From: Octopus sinensis
Taxonomy: Eukaryota
Direction: 5' to 3'
Length of the DNA: 10,051 bases
Assembly (NCBI RefSeq): GCF_006345805.1
Contig: NW_021827713.1
Coordinates: forward strand, 1 to 10,051
Part shown: piece after piece, positions 9,077 to 10,051 of the stretch
Layout of the letters: each line of letters opens with the position of its first letter
Position numbering within the stretch: the first letter of the stretch is position 1
Notes under the pieces: generated by a model
Seen by the model: the letters and a program-made list of their open reading frames with translations, nothing else
Database searches by the model: none
What the model was told of the DNA's origin: nothing
Position numbers and translations under genes: made by a program

Positions 9077-9817
9077 GCGCCCTTTTAAAGCCTAGCCAGG
9101 CTCATGGGCCCGGTTTCCCAGTTTCTATGGCGTATATGTTCCCTAGGTGGACGGGACGCCAGTCCATCGCAGCGTTACTCATTTTTGCCATCTGAGTGGA
9201 CTGGAGCAACATGAAATGAAGTGTTTTGCTCAAGAACACAACGCGTCGACCGGTCCAGGAATCGAAACCACAATCTTATGATCATGATGCTGACACCCTA
9301 ACCACTAAGCCACGAACCTCCACTTGCGTCCTTTTAAAGCCTAGCCAGGCTCATGGGCCCGGTTTTCCGGTTTCTATGGCGTATGTGTTCCCCAGCTGAA
9401 CGGGGCGCCAGTCCATCGCAGCGTTACTCATTTTTGCCAGCTGAGTGGACTGGAGAAACGTGAAATGAAACGTTTTGCTCAAAAACACAACGCGTCGCCC
9501 GGTCCAGGAATCGAAACCACAATCTTACGATCATGATGCTGACACCCTAACCACTAAGCCACGCACCTCCACTTGCGTCCTTTTAAAGCCTAACTAGGCT
9601 TATGGGCCCGGTTTCCCAGTTTCAGTGGCGTATGTGTTCCCCAGGTGGACGGGACGCCAGTCCACCGCAGCGTTACTCATTTTTGCCAGCTGAGTGGACT
9701 GGAGGAACGTGAGATGAAACGTTTTGCTCAAAAACACAACGCGTCGCCCGGTCCAGGAATCGAAACCACAATCTTACGAGCATGGTACTGACACACTAAC
9801 CACTAAGCCATGCGCCT
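9077..9817 (-). mobile_element. Head-to-tail trimer of a 249-bp tRNA-derived SINE with a CORE-like domain (units 9077-9325, 9326-9574, 9575-9817)
   Basis: On the minus strand each unit starts with A box TGGCTTAGTGG and B box GGTTTCGATTCC (tRNA-Arg-like head). It continues with TTGTGTTCTTGAGCAAAACACTTCA...CTCAGCTGGCAAAAATGAG, resembling the CORE domain. A T-run at 9075-9068 ends the array. Units 1 and 2 differ at about 17 of 249 positions. Confidence 0.88.
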
Positions 9818-9901
9818 ATACGAAGTGCCATATAGTGAGGAAGAAAAAACGAATTTATATGCCAGCCCAACATATAAGCTTATGAGTCTTGGGATTTCTT
9901 A

Positions 9902-10051
9902 TACTCTTTTCTCTTTTTTTTACTCTTTTTACTTGTTTCAGTCATTTGACTGCGGCCATGCTGGGGCAACCGCCTTTAGTCGAGCAAATCGACCCGGGAC
10001 ATATTCTTTGTAAGCCCAGTACTTATTCTATCGGTCTCTTTTGCCGAACCG
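9902..10051 (-). mobile_element. 3' part of an abundant octopus-type SINE with an (AAAAGAGT)-like tail; truncated by the window edge
   Basis: TTTTACTTGTTTCAGTCATTTGACTGCGGCCATGCTGG...GTACTTATTCTATCGGTCTCTTTTGCCGAACCG is recognised from memory as a high-copy octopus repeat. The repetitive tail is at 9902-9933. Confidence 0.75.

Noticed and set aside
9077-9817. CRISPR array or hammerhead retrozyme
   Set aside because: Eukaryotic context, no unique spacers, Pol III boxes present, and no CTGANGA core seen on either strand.

Overview
AT-rich, microsatellite-dense eukaryotic DNA whose repeat content looks like a coleoid cephalopod, probably Octopus. That assignment is from recall of repeat families and the protein, not a database search. 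The window holds the last two coding exons of a minus-strand calmodulin-like EF-hand gene most similar to squidulin (8494-8739 and 798-832), separated by a 7.66 kb GT-AG intron, plus its 3' UTR. The short terminal exon is missed by the ORF track, and the other listed ORFs appear to be repeat-derived or chance. The intron contains three long inverted repeats, tRNA-like SINE heads and a retroelement 3' end. It also contains a type I hammerhead-ribozyme fold (7906-7989) in the sense of the pre-mRNA, paired with a 64-bp antisense copy of its own 3' half. The upstream intron holds a head-to-tail trimer of a 249-bp tRNA-derived SINE inside one degenerate target-site duplication.
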